Assembly (NCBI RefSeq): GCF_964355755.1
Contig: NC_092678.1
Coordinates: forward strand, 636,422-700,421
Reading direction: 5' to 3'
DNA from: Antedon mediterranea
Lineage: Eukaryota > Animalia > Echinodermata
DNA length: 64,000 nucleotides
Part shown: positions 36,931 through 51,500 of the stretch, one piece after another
Position numbering within the stretch: the first letter of the stretch is position 1
How the letters are laid out: each line of letters begins with the position of its first letter
The notes under the pieces: model-generated
Told to the model about the DNA's origin: nothing
Seen by the model: the letters and a program-made list of their open reading frames with translations, nothing else
The model's database searches: none
Made by a program: the position numbers and the translations under genes

Positions 36931-38261
36931 TAGTCTTTTAATGTATAACAAATTTAATAAATATTTATTAATATTAGTAGTCAGTCTCCCAGAGACAGAC
37001 AATCAGATCTCTCCCAAACTTTAGTTAAGTTTTTTGAAGAGTATGATTGTGAAAGATTAAGGACAATTTTTGTATTTGAAATATATTTAAAAAATGTAAT
37101 AATGTTAAAGATTTGTTTTCCTTTGGTATATTATGTGAATACATATTATGAAATGAAAATACCTCATAATTGCAAAATTAACAAACATAATTCTATGAAC
37201 AACTTTAATACTTGAATATATAGTGCTAAGTATTTCTAAGTATTAATACAAAATGAAATTAGTCTCTGTCAATGATTTTAATCTTTAGGTGCGGCTTTAA
37301 CTACTTTGTCCTTCGTACATAATTTAAAGTTAAACAATTTTAAGCACCCGTTTCATTAAAGAAAAGTTTCACAGTAATCACTTAAATATATTAAAAATAA
37401 ATTAGATTAAATCACATGTTTTATATTGACTTTGTTGAATCGACTATTATGTATTTTATCCGTTTATTTTATATTGACACTGTTGATTCGTCTATTTGTT
37501 TTTTAAATATTTTTATATAGTTTATTTTATATCATTGTTGTTACTTTGGGAGTACGGAACCTGAACTCTTGTTATAGTGATTAGGTTCACTTTTAGGTTC
37601 CTGCCTACTCCCTTAGTTTCTGTGTTTTGTTTGTTTGTAACTGGTTTTTGGCAATAAATAATAATAATAATTACTAGCTTTACCACATAAATATTAAAAA
37701 CATTTAACATATACACGACCTTTCGGTTTTAAAACATCGTTATCATAAAATAGAAGTCATTGCAAATGAGGTCACAGTCTAACCGCGGTCATATCCAGCT
37801 GTTTGATTTCATGACTTCATCGTCACGTCATACCGACGTGTCCCATGATTCATATCCTAGCAGCAGTCACACAAAATGTAAAGTCACAAAGTGTGTACTT
37901 AAACCACCAGTGCTTTTACTACAAGTAAGTAAATACCTCACAATGCATGTGTATCTGCTTCCTTTAGCTTTTAAAAGTTATATACTGTACATGCTATAAA
38001 ACTGTATGCCAAAAAAACCCCATCTTTTTAATGATGACATATTTCATATTGGCACTTACAAAAACGAGTATCGCCAGCGAAGAGTGAAAATAATTTTCTC
38101 TTCCCTGGTATCACAATGCACAGTTTCTTCATAATGATAAAAATAGTTCTTAGTACAGAAAAAGTACATCTTTTAGCTCATTATATAAAAAACAATAGCA
38201 GATGACCATATAAAGGTATAAAACAATCATATATGGGAATATCATACCCAAATATGGACAT

Positions 38262-41200
38262 TTATAAATGATAATGGGGGTTAACAGGAGGGTTGTAGTT
38301 TTGGTTTGGGTATGGTGGTGGAGCTGATGCATTTTGGTGGTTGCTTGTCTGTAGTACTGGGTACATTGGCTGGGCTTGCTGTCCATAAGAAGGGGGTGCC
38401 TGACCCCCTGCTGCTGGTGGGTACACATGGTGGTTGTGGTAGTTGTTGATTTGGGGAGGCGCTGTATGGTTGATTATTGTTGGAGTTGGGTTTGCCGGAG
38501 CTGCAAAAAATAGATAGAAAAAATTATTATTATTTATTCAGGCAAAAGATACATTTTACAAAATATAATACAAATCAACAAAGTAAACAAACACAACGCA
38601 AGGAGACTATTGTTATTTGTTTCAATATGTTTCTATCCAGGGGACGCCCCTATTAAGGGGACGCCCCTATTAAGGGGACGCCCCTATTAAGGGGACGCCT
38701 CTATTAAGGGAACACCCTTTTCTAAGAAACACACCTATTTAGAGAACACACCTATTCAGGGATACTCATATTAAGGTGACACAAAGGGCAATGTTCAACC
38801 TCTATTCACTATGTTTGATTATGTAGAATATTTTGTCTTATTACTTACAATATGCTACCCTTGTACGTGGTACACGACTACTCCTAGTACGTCGTCTCTT
38901 ATTGACGCAGCAACACGAACAAAAGCAGCAACAAATCACGACACAGACGATAATAAATATAAAGAGTGCACACACGCCCCCTATTGTCACCCTTATACTG
39001 AAATAAATAATAAAAGTATTACAAAAGTACAATTCGAAACATTTATTTAGAAGTTGTAGTAGAAGTATTGTCAAAATATTAATATAAAAATGGAAAGCAC
39101 TATGTGTACGCAATGTCAAAATTAATTTTATTAGTAATTACATTTTTATCATCAAGTTCCCATTATAAATATAACACATAAATTCCTGTCATTTGATTGA
39201 AGGATTGTGGGTCACATGGCGTGCAATAGTATGCACTATCAAACAATCTGTTCGCATTTGTAAATGTTTTTTTATTTTTAATTTAGTACTAGTACTATGA
39301 TTAATGGAGAATACTAAACTAAAAGAATTCTGTGATAAAAATAAATAACTTACTTATGACCTGTTCCTCCTATATCTCCTATATCTCCTAACTCAGTATC
39401 TAAAGTATTTGCTTCGTCAAAATTATCAAAGTTATCAAAATCAATATCACCTCCCATCATGCCAGCAGGAGTGTACAATAATTAATATCAAGTAAAATAT
39501 TTGAACTGACTGCGAGTAGAGTAGGTCAACTACAGAACAGTTTAGCTAGTAAATGTGGCGGCGGTGTGTCACCGGCGCGGAAACGTGCGTCACGGGAAAG
39601 TTGAAAGAAGCTACGGGAAACTAGGTTATAATATGATAAGTGATAACATCCTGAGAGACGGTAAGAATAAATAATGACAAATTGTTATGACTACTGTACA
39701 ACAAGGTGCACTTAAATTATGTCAACCTTTAGAAATTGTGTTTATTCATTTCATAATTACATCCTTTACTAAATATTTATTATTAGTAATATTAAAGTCT
39801 ATTTTAAAGTTTATAAAGTTTATTTTGTATCAATAATGTATTATTTGTGGAAAATCAATAAAGATCGATACAGGTCTAGGTCCAGCTGATGACCTTTGAC
39901 ATGCGCAAAGTAGGTCCTGGGGCTCTATTTGAAAATAGCTTTGAAAGTACCTAGGTCAAATACAGTATTAAATGACATTTGATTTCTATTTATCATCTTA
40001 CCTACCTAGTATTAAACAATAATGAATTTAAATACCATGTACAGTATTGTTGTTATTCTCTGTTATTAGTGTAGCATTATATTTGTTCAGTGACATAAAT
40101 CTATTTTGTTCACTTATTGGTCTAACTCAGTCTAAGTAACGGCTAAGAGTGATTAACAACATATTGTATGTTATTGACAGGTCTTACTAAGTCACGGTCT
40201 AATTGTTGCTACTAAAACTAATAATACTTTGTTTGGTTCTGTTGGTGATAGCACATTGCAATTATTCTACTACAGTGAGTCTTATTACCAGGTTTGATAG
40301 TTCGCCCACATTTACGCTTTCATTTTTAGCGTGTTGCACGGGCCGAGGTCAACCCCACAAAAACCTTGCAGTTATACATGAAATCGTAATACCGTGTTAT
40401 ACCGTAGTTCATAATCCTAAGTTGTATATACGAATTGCATGCATTATTAATTAATATGAGTTTAATAAAGGATGATTTTTTAAATCTGCTTTTGAAATTA
40501 TAAAAAAAAATGTTTTAGAAATAGGATTATTATAAAACTATGCTACATTTTGCCAAATTATCCTAACATTTGATTAGCGTTAATGTTAAGTGCTAAATCG
40601 CTTAAAATATGCAAAAAAAAAGCACAATGAATTATCTACTAGATTTGGTCAACATTTTCACAGCACATACTTATATTTAACGAGAGGTCAAAACAATACC
40701 CTGAGGACACTTCCAACACGCCAACAGCAACCGGGAATGCACAAAATTTTAGGATTCAGCCAATTTTGCAATTAAAATCTCATTACGCGGAATCTCTTCG
40801 ATGTTATACAACACACTTCTCGTAGGCGTGTTGAATATGCGTGTAATAGCGTGTTGTATAAACATGCCCTTTGAGAGGACAGTATGTGATAAGATTAGCA
40901 AATAGGCCTACAACTCTTAATGTTTAATTTGCACATTTTAGGGTAATGTATTAAAGTTACACTCTTCATAAATAAATGTCAAATAATGGAGATTATTAAG
41001 ATTGTAAAAACAGAAAGAATGTTAAATGACTATCATAATGATAAGAAGACAAAACATGTTGAAGATTACAAGCTATAAATACAAAGTACATAGGAAATAT
41101 TGGTTTACTATCTTTACAAATATTGACATAAGAGTATATATAATGTAAATATTCTTGTGCAATATGACAACAAATCATTGGCAGATATAGCATTGTGGAA

Positions 41201-42581
41201 TAGGGTTATCGCAACTTCCGAAAAAATATGAAATGAGAAATTCATTTTACCAAGAGGTTTAAACTTAATGATCCAATTTTCTTTTAGTACTTTTGTTTGT
41301 TCTTTTTATGTCTTAAAAAGTAACTTAAAGACAAGCTTAAGTTTCTATACAAGGTCCCCATTGTATTTTGTTTTACATTTGTTTGCAATTCTTTCTGGCC
41401 TTTTTTTATTTATGGTTTTAATTTAGCTGATTTGCTTTTTTTTTTATTTCGAGATCCAGCCACTGATACCAACAGCACTGTCATTAAAAACAAAATTATA
41501 TAGTTGTTGCAATCATAAACTAATAATCAATGTGAACTTGACTCTATATTTATTGTTTTCTACATAGTAGCCAAGTAGTACACTGCATGATATCAATCAC
41601 GCCATCATTGGCAAAGTTCCAACTAGAGCAATTTGGAATCAAACTGTGTGTATACAGTAATAGTATTTGATTGCAGGCCTTGTCTTTTGAAAATCATAGG
41701 TGTGCAACAAATTGCACTCCTAAATACATTCAGGGGTGCTGTAGGTGTTCTGTTTGTATGTTGGTGTGTATAAGTTTACCAAATTTAAGCGTGTTATAAA
41801 ATCGCACTCTCAATCAAGGGCAGTTTACTGTAGGAGTGTGTTAGGTAAGTGATCACACTCGCTTGCCTTAAAAGACAAGGCATGTAGTGGTTCTAAGTAA
41901 CTTACTTAATTGATGGTATGTGGTGTGTATCGCCATCACAACAGCCTTCTTTGCAACAGTATATCTTATCGAGATCATCTCCTGCAAAGAATTGTGGGCA
42001 ACTGTACGGTTCCTTGTACTCTCCAAATTCCCAGTATCCATCACAATTTTCACCTGCTGTTGATAAAAAATTAATAATTAAACCAAATGTATTTATTTAT
42101 GACATACAAATCAATCCAGGGTATACAAACATGTAATAATTCAATGTGTTTTGATATTTTTTAAATTAAAAAAACATAACAATTTTTTTCTTTATTTAAT
42201 ACAACAATTAAATAAATTGGTCAACAGCCCTCAACAAACGTGGACCCATCATCCGGGAACCCATACATAATGCACGCGCGCGCGCCACACAATTTTGTGC
42301 AGGCTGTTTTGTGGGTGTAGCCCAACTCAAGTACCAACATTTGTAAACAACTTCGCGGGGGTTTGCCCATCAAATTCCCACAGATGAAACGTCAACGCCC
42401 GATGGTTGATGGCCTTCAACTTTCATCGTCTTTTCTAACTCAATAAGATACCCAATTCTAATATAATTCTACTTAAATAATACCTTCATAAATGTACTTT
42501 ATTTATATAATAATAAGCTTATAATTTACCTGAAACAAATGCAAAAATTCCTCCTAAAAGAAGAGAAACTGATAAAATCAT
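38262..42581 (-). CDS. Shisa-like single-pass membrane protein (signal peptide, Cys-rich ectodomain, TM with Cys cluster, PY-motif tail), about 196 aa
   Basis: Exons 42530-42581 (MILSVSLLLGGIFAFVS), 41906-42056 (GENCDGYWEFGEYKEPYSCPQFFAGDDLDKIYCCKEGCCD), 38849-38997 (VTIGGVCALFIFIIVCVVICCCFCSCCCVNKRRR) and 38262-38500 (PPSY, PPPY). Splice phases are consistent (1,2,1). Confidence 0.82.
39354..39460 (-). CDS. Putative alternative first exon of the Shisa-like gene (acidic, no signal peptide)
   Basis: MMGGDIDFDNFDNFDEANTLDTELGDIGDIGGTGH ends CATAA|gtaagt, the same phase-2 donor as the Shisa exon. There is an in-frame stop just upstream of the ATG and a CpG-rich patch at ~39550-39600. Confidence 0.55.
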
Positions 42582-45552
42582 TATCACTCGACATGTTTTC
42601 TAAACAACTAATAATCGCCCTCAACGTTTGGAGTGTTTCTCTCTCTTTCTTCAATTGTTTGGTTTTTAAACTTAACCATACACATTTTGGTAGTAGTGTA
42701 CTCATTCTATCTCGGCAAAATATTGGAAAATTTTGAGAAAAATATCAATAAAAATTGCTGTAGCTCTCTCCGTCTTAAATCCACCTACAGCAATCATAAC
42801 AAAAAGTTAAATAAATTAAATTTTGATTGTATAAATAAAATAAAAGTTCTTGTCTAGTACTAAGTAGGGACAGTGTCTAATTATTGTAAGCCATTAGTAG
42901 AACCTGGGGAATTATTTGTTTTCATTTTTAATTTAAATAATAATTATATTGGCCTATAATCAATAAATGCAGATTATTTATATTCTTTTGGTAGAATAAC
43001 TAACACTAAATGGTTGCATGCCTAATACTGTAGGTAAAAGGTAATATAATCTTTAAACAAAAACAAAAATCACAGCCATAACTGTTATTATTATCTAGGT
43101 GTTTATTACAAGAAAACCGACACATACACTTAACCGTTTATAGTTATGGGAAAAACCACCTCTCTAATTTGCCAAAATCAGTGGTTCACACATGAGCAAT
43201 AGGAAACTTTTGCTTTGCGATGACAGACAACCAAACTACGTCATAATTTAATTAATTGTGCGCATGTGGGGATATTGGGATGTATTCTTCACTCCCCCAC
43301 CTCAACAATTTGGTTTCTAGGCACCCACCGATGACACTTTGATTGACCTACGTAGGTCATCGCATTGTTTAAATTCAGCACACACTAAATGTTAATTACA
43401 TTAAAAGCGTTAGATCAAGTGTGAACTCAACCTTATTAAGCAAAATATTTATTTTTTTCTTCAAATTTTGCCAACTAATTTGAATGTTTTACAAATGGCC
43501 TTTGCCCTTAAGATACCTTATACAAGTTAAAACATATCTACACATACTGATAGCAGTGTTGGCAATACATATCTACACATACTGATAGCAATGTTGGCAA
43601 TTTGTTTACCATTGGTTAATAAATGCAGCATTTAATATTTTGGTATTTGATGATGTCACAGTGAAATATGGAAAATATTAGATCATAATAATGTGTAATT
43701 AGTATTACATAATCTCAAGCAATTAATGTGAATTAAATTGGATAAAATTAGGATAATAGCCAAATTGTATAAAATTATCCCTTATTTGGTAAATCTAATC
43801 ACAAAAAGTCCATTAATTCCAAAATATAAATGAAAAACCTGTAATAAGCGAATTGAATGACCTAACATAATAGGAGTGTTGTCCGCTGAAAAGGGACATG
43901 TCCCCTGAATAGGAGTGTTGTCCTCTGAATAGGAGTGTTGTCCCCTGAATAGGAGTTTTGTCCCTTGAATAGTTCTAATTTAACATCAATAATTTCAATG
44001 CATGATTGTTTATCTTAAGCCATATTGTGTATTAGGCCAGCATAAATTGTAGTCTTCTGATCTTAAATACATTTTTATAAGCATCTCAGCAGTTAGTAAG
44101 CAAAAATTAATTAGCATTAATGTTATTAATAATTAATATTAATTATATTTACACAAGAGATGTTGTAACTTTATGATAAGGTTTAATCATGTTGGTTTTA
44201 TGTTATTAAGAAGACATATTTGATTGAGTTTATATATCATTAACATTAACAACCAAAATAAAAATGATTTTACCTTTCGCATAGATTCTTAATAAGTTAA
44301 TCCAATCCGAGGGAACGTTACCACAGAGGCAGACAATATCTTTTACTATGAAAATGTAAAATATATATCCTATTTTTTTTATTGTTACTGTTTTTTCTAA
44401 CAAATGAATATAAACATTTACAGTATATGAGGTAAAATAGTATAAAATTTAACTACAAACTTCTATCTAGATTTGAAACCTAATTTTGATGAAATATAAA
44501 TAAGTATAATGAACAAAATCGCTAAGCATACACACTAACAAGTTTTGAATACAGATAAAAATACCACTGTATTAACATACAGAATACAGAATACAAAACA
44601 GATTAGTGAAAAAAGGTTCGGAAAAATACAAGGGCTAAAAAAAACTTAAATGGTGGCAGCAGACAGATTATTCTTGTCAAATGTCATTTTAAGACTTTTC
44701 TTTTAAGTAGTTTTTAAACTAATTAAAAGTATTGTTAAGCACTCTGTTCTTGGTAGGGCATCATATAAAAGGTTAATTATAATATCTGGCCAAGCCTGCG
44801 GCTAGGAGGATTCAATGGTAAATATCTCATTCTCTTATGTGGAAAAATGAATCGCCTGTCAACATCCTGCCTACATGCTTGGTTACACACATAAGTTAAA
44901 CTTGAGATAAGAAGTGTATTTTACAAAAAGTAAATGAAAGTTTCTTACACTTCCTGATAAATATTTTTACATACATTTATATTTTTTAAGAGACAAAATA
45001 CAAAGAAATGAGATGTAACTGACAAATACAACTAAACACTATATTACTAAACAATCTTACATAAACAAGGGTGATAGAGAGTGTCACAAGAAATGAGGTG
45101 TTTAATGCAAATGACAACACAATAAACACTGTTACAATCTAAAATCATTATTTACAATGATTGACCTCTGATTGACCTTTGCAACTACAACATTGTGCCG
45201 TGTTAAAAACCATATAATAGCACCATAAACAAAGTGGCAACGAATTCAATAAAAGTTTAATTTTCAACAAAGCATGATATACAAATTAGTTCAGACAACT
45301 GCACTCAAACGGGTTTTTCTTTATTTTTGAAAAAATATAGGAATTTCATTTCTTGTAAACTCGCTTGTAAACCAGTATCAAATTTAACTTACCGTACGTT
45401 ACTTACATATGAAAATGTTTTCACTATTAATAGAAATTTAGTTGTCGTCCAAAATAATTTGTATAACATTATCATGAATAATTATAAAAACATGTTAACA
45501 TTGAAAGATGACAATCTATAGTTAGTGGATGTAGGTTCAACTATGGCCGCAT

Positions 45553-48500
45553 CTATCTTTTATTGCCCTCTTTTCCGGTGCATACTTCATAGTAGTTTGC
45601 CCGTTGCTGTATTGTTGAAAGGGCATTCTCTGCTCGTTCCTTTAGGTCACCAAGCGATACCTCCTGCTCATCTAGCAGAATCTTATTGTTATTAAAGTCC
45701 CTTTCTAGTGCTACAAAACAAATAGTGCATTTTAAAAGTGTGTTTAAAATATCTTTTGTTCAATATAAAATAAAGTATAGATATTATAAGTTATTTTCAT
45801 TTCTGTGATTTATATATAAACACAATAGGCAATGAACATTAATTCGAAACTGCCCGGTGATATACTGAAATTTAATTAATTAATTTGAAACGATAAACAT
45901 GAGGAAATCTGTGAGAATATATATGTTTTGTTTGCTTTTGTCCGTTCTACTTTGGCGTCTGACACAAGCATTTGATTCATTGGTGACGCCACCATTTTAG
46001 AAATAAACGTTAATTTTGATTTGAAGTCTTTGGTGTATAGTTTAATAACAGTTATCTGTTTTTAAGGAAGAAAAAATGGTATTCAAGGGTTTTAAGCGTC
46101 TAAATCTTGAGCTCTAGAAATCTGCATTATTATTGTTATTATTTAATTAGAGTATACTATAATGATACCCATAGATTTAGAAATGTATTTTTAGATGTTT
46201 TAAACCAGAATTGGTCTTGCAAGTGTGAATGAACAAATAAATAAAAACAAAATAAAATAAATAGGATAAAAAATATGGTTAAAAAAGAAGTGTTTTAAAC
46301 CAGAAGTGTGAATGCATAAATAAACAAAATAAATTAAGAAAAGGTGAAGTGAGGTCAAAGTGCAATACTAACCTCTAAGACGGCTCAGTTTTCTCTTCGT
46401 CTCGGTTTCTAAGATAGTGGCACCTGAAAGAAGGGCATCAGCACGAATACGGAACTCTTCTGCTCTTGATGCTTTAGTGTTTATATCCTGTTTAGCCGTG
46501 TCAAACCTATCTTGAAGGGCCCCTGCTTCCTGTAAAGACAATACATACAGAGGGTCCACTAATTAGTATGATATAATTATAACATAAAGGCCAATTTACA
46601 CAGATGAGTGGTAAAGGCAAGCAGAAAACCGCGTAGCTTGTCCCACGTAGAATCTGTATCTATCCTGAGCAGAAACCGCCAGTCCGCCCCGCATTGTGTG
46701 TAAATGGTCATAAGGAATAACATAGATTCTATATTTTTTATTACCATTACGGCTCGTCTGTGTAAATTGGCCTTAGAACAAACTTGAAAAAAGTGAGGGA
46801 AAAATACAATATTTATTATTATATATGAACTGGATGGATATAAATAAAATCACATATAAGGTCATTGGTAATTGGTACCCAAGCATTTTTAGAATGAGGT
46901 AGAACATCACAGTACGACATTTACCAGGTTTGGCAATGTGCTAACATTATACTGAATAGTTGTATATTGCATGTTTATATATAAATATATAGTGGTACCA
47001 TTGCACCGATTAGCATTGTTAGTATGTGCTTAATTGTGTGGTATCAAGTGCACTGCTTACCTGGGCTGTTTCTTCCGCCAGAATAGCTGCGTTAGCCGCC
47101 GAGTCGTTTGCCGTTTGAATATTAATCTGATTGTCAGTAAAACGTAAACTCAAATCCTTTAGTGACTCTTTCATCATCAGAACCATTACAAGAGATCCAT
47201 TAGCCTTGATCAACGCAGCATCAACTACTGAGGAGATCTAAACACAACAAACATAGGATTATCAAAGTGTGATAGATAAGGCACCATGCTATGGTGCAGT
47301 CTCCTGTGGGTACACTGTTACACTAATACAAGTTATCCTTAGGTCACTTACAGATGTTATGGTCAATCCAACTTCCTTTATGTCCTCAGTTGCCGTGTCA
47401 ATCGCAGCGGCAGCCTCCTTTTGGTCATCTTTTGCATTTTCAAGGGCGGTGTTAACATATTCTGCTGAGTTCTTCACACTCTCTGCAAATTGTCTTTAAA
47501 AGAGAAGTTTTGTAGGAATTTTAAATACCTGTGTATTGTAACTTCCAAAATTCGACAAAATTATGAACATAGAGATAGAGATAAATAATATAGAAGTACA
47601 CTACATATAACATTAACAAAATCAACAAAAAAAAAAAAAAAAAAAAAAAACCACTTCAAGGGGTCCGTAACCATAGCAGCTATGCAGAATACCTTTGATT
47701 AACAACCATTTTGTTTTCATGTTTCTAGGTGTCTGTATTGAAATGGTAAAGTCAAAATAAAACAAAAAGGACAATAAAATGGAACCTACTTTGCCTCATC
47801 AGCTTTCTTTTCGAGTTCAGTGACCCTTCTGAGGTCATCACGTGTGTCGTTCAAGATCTGCTCAATATTATCCAGACTATCCACCAGTTCTTGTATCTCT
47901 TCTGCCAAAGCTGAAATAAAAAAGACAAAACATTATTAAAAAGTCTGAACACAGTATATTCCTCCTTTGGGACCCCTATTTAGGGAAAACGTTGCTTGGC
48001 CATAAAGGTGTACCTTCAATAAAGGTTTTATTGTAGTAGATCAAGAAACAATATGTGGGCTGAAGCTCTCTCGGCAAAGAAAATGAACTTTTAAAAAAAA
48101 CAATATTATCTTGCCTACAGTATACAGGACACATTACCATGTCTAGGATATGCAATATCATTCAATGGAGGTGCTTTTTCAAACAGTACACCTACTATAT
48201 ATAATTTCTTTTAAAACATTACACCTAATATTTATAATTTCCAAGTACAGAATATAATATGTACCTTTAATCTCCTCTGGTGTACGAGATATCTGGATGG
48301 CTAAGGTATCCTCAGCTGTGATCTTTACTTGTTCTGGTGTTGCTTCATCTACAACATTCAAAGCATTAATGATGTCATCGACCAATCGGGAAAGGTTCTG
48401 CCCGACTGACCCTAGATCTTGTTTGGCTGTTAGAGCAGCGTCATATGCCTTTTGTGCTTCCTCTAAGGCAACTTCACTCTCTCCTTCAACTGCTTCTACT

Positions 48501-51500
48501 GCTTGTAGCTTTGCATTGGCTTCTTTTTCTTTCTCTGTAAACTTCTCTTGTGCCGTTTGTGCTCTTTCTTTGGCTTTGTTTGCGATGTTGCGAGCACCAT
48601 TACAACCAAGACCGCCACAAGTACCACAACCAGCACCGCCACATTGACCACAACTGTCACCTGGATTTCCACACACCTGGTGATTATGCAAAATAGCTAG
48701 TTATACATTGAATACAATAATATAACCGTGTAATAATCATTTGTGAAATTATTGAACAGGTACAAATTTGTGAGAGATTTTGCAAACAAACTATTGAGAT
48801 TAACAGGGCCGTAGCCACCAGTACGATTGGTATGGTTTCAACCTGAACACTTTGACTTTGACAACTCATGGCCCACACAAAGGCTTGAACAGAGATGGTT
48901 CCCGTTTCTTACTAAACCTGGACCACTATATTTCTTGTGGCTACATCATTGTGAAAGGTTTTGTTGCAGATTTATTGTTAATTTATTTCACCAGAATAAA
49001 AAAAATAATAATTATTATTTGATATTGATAGTCATAAGAGCAATGGTCATTTACCGATCACCAAGTGAGGATGAAGCGTGATGCCATAAATAAACTAAAT
49101 ACCACTCTACCTGAACATTCAAAGCATTTATACGATCTTCAAGATCACCAATATCATTGCCGACAGCGTCAACACGTGCCCGGTAATTATCCAAATCATT
49201 ACTAAACTGTGTTTTTAATTCCGCTATTTTGTCCTCAACCTCTTGGCGAACACCAGCTGATTCTGCTAACGTGTCGGCCGTTCCGTCTGCCTTGGCTTGG
49301 GCTGCGTCGCCTCGGTCACGACTCTCATATATTATCTTAAGTGCCTCTGTAATTATAAAACATTACTTTATACTACATTTTTCTAAAGCTTTTTTCATAC
49401 TTAAAATTTATAAACTTGCTATGAAATCAAACCACTACAATTGTGGTGTTTTTCCTGCTTTCTATAAAAAAGATAAAAAATATAAAAGAAAAAGAGTTTA
49501 TTTTACTAAAACCAAATGGTTTTGTTTTGTTTCTGCACATTGCAAAACATATCAGGGTGACCGCTTAAGTTGAAACAAACATATCAGGGTGACCGCTTAA
49601 GTTGAAAACAAACATATCAGGGTGACCACTTAAGTTGAAAACAAACATATCAGGGTGACCGCTTAAGTTGAAACATATCAGGGTGACCGCTTTGAAATAT
49701 ATCAGGGTGACCGCTTAAGTTGAAAACAAACATATCAGGGTGACCGCTTAAGTTGAAAACAAACATATCAGGGTGACCGCTTAAGTTGAAAACAAACATA
49801 TCAGGGTGACCGCTTAAGTTGAAACATATCAGGGTGACCGCTTAAGTTGAAAACAAACATATCAGCGTGACCGCTTAAGTTGAAACATATCAGGGTGACC
49901 GCTTAAGTTGAAAACAACTTATTTCCAATTTACATTATTTTTCCAGACTGGTCTAAGATGAACACAACGTAAAAGAATTAATTTAATTAGAATTTGTTCG
50001 AAAACAAACATTGCGTAACTTACCTTCAATATCAATCCTTGTAAGGTTCCTTAGATCCTCTTCAAGTTTCTTGATGTCACGACCCAGGTCAAGTGCGGAG
50101 GCATTTAATTGGTCGATTCGATTGTTGGACTCTTCTAAGTCTAGTTCAACGTACACTAGTTTACTTGATATCTTGTTTAACTCATCAGCATTACTATCAA
50201 GTTCTTGTCTATAATAAAATAGTTGATAGAGTTATGTGACAATTACTGCAGTAATTATCAATTTTTTAAAATATTACATGATAATTATACAAACAATTAA
50301 TATAGCATGGTATAAATGTAGATCTTGAGTACACTAGCAGTAAAGTATCCGTCAATGAGGGCCATGTGTCTTGAGTACACTAGCAGTAAACTATCCGTCA
50401 ATGAGGGCCATGTGTCTTGAGTACACTAGCAGTAAAAAGTATCCGTCAATGAGGGCCATGTGTCTTCAGAAGAAAAGACAGCTAAAGTAACAGGTACAGT
50501 TTATTGATTTCAACACATCATTACTTCACAGGGGATATACTTTAGGAGTTAGCAATTAGTTGCATTGTAAGATATTTATGTACAGTTAAAATCATTAAAA
50601 TAGGCCTACAAACACACACAAAAAGAACACTAGGACACTATTTAAAAAGATTACTATGTTTTCTTACTGAATTTGACGAAGAGCATCTTCGTATTCTTGG
50701 AGTCTGTCAGATGGATTGTTCTTAAATCCATCTAAAATGTCGCGTATTTCCTGGATGTTCTCTTCAATTATTGTAAAGTTTTTGCCAAAAGCTCCGCTGG
50801 TAAAGTTCGATGACCTATTAGAAGCTTGAGCAATGAGTTCATCGGTGGCAACTACCAAAACAAAAATGTTGTTAAGATTGACTTATTTTTTTAGTATGGA
50901 TTAAGTTTAGACATCAATTTAATTAATTAAGATTATAACACAAGTGTAGTCAAATACTCATTTCTAAGTTTTTTCTTTGAAGTTTGGACATCAAACAAGA
51001 CACATCTTGAATGATCAAATACTTAAGTAACTACTTACTTTTTAAATCTTGAATGATCAAGTACCAGTTATCGTAACATTCTCCGCAAGGGTCACAATAT
51101 GGAAAGTTGCCCTTAGTGCCGATGGCGCAGCGGTCACACTTAGGTCCAGTCACGCGGTCTCTGCACACACAGTGTCCATTGTTTTCACATTGTAGTACAT
51201 CTGACCCTTCAACATTACATTCACAGGCTGTAATAAAAGAAATTGAATTAATAAAGAAAAGAGCTGGTATTTTAATTCAGTACGTTTAAGCACATGCTTA
51301 AGTGAAATTCTGAGGATGTATACCATTCAAGTAGATTATATCAGCTGCTACTTTTACAGATTTTTAAAGAGCTTTTACAACTTTCTTACGTCCTTAATTG
51401 ACACCGAAGTGTATAAGGTGATGTTGTGATATAATCTACTTTAAAAATTGTAAAACGTTGGGTGTGTTTCCAAAGTGTATAATACTTTTTAAAGTCATTA

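Noticed and set aside
51005-51020. Short echo of a laminin exon end (tcttgaatgatcaa, also at 51047-51060)
   Set aside because: Only about 14 bp and without the donor; too short to count as a decoy splice site.
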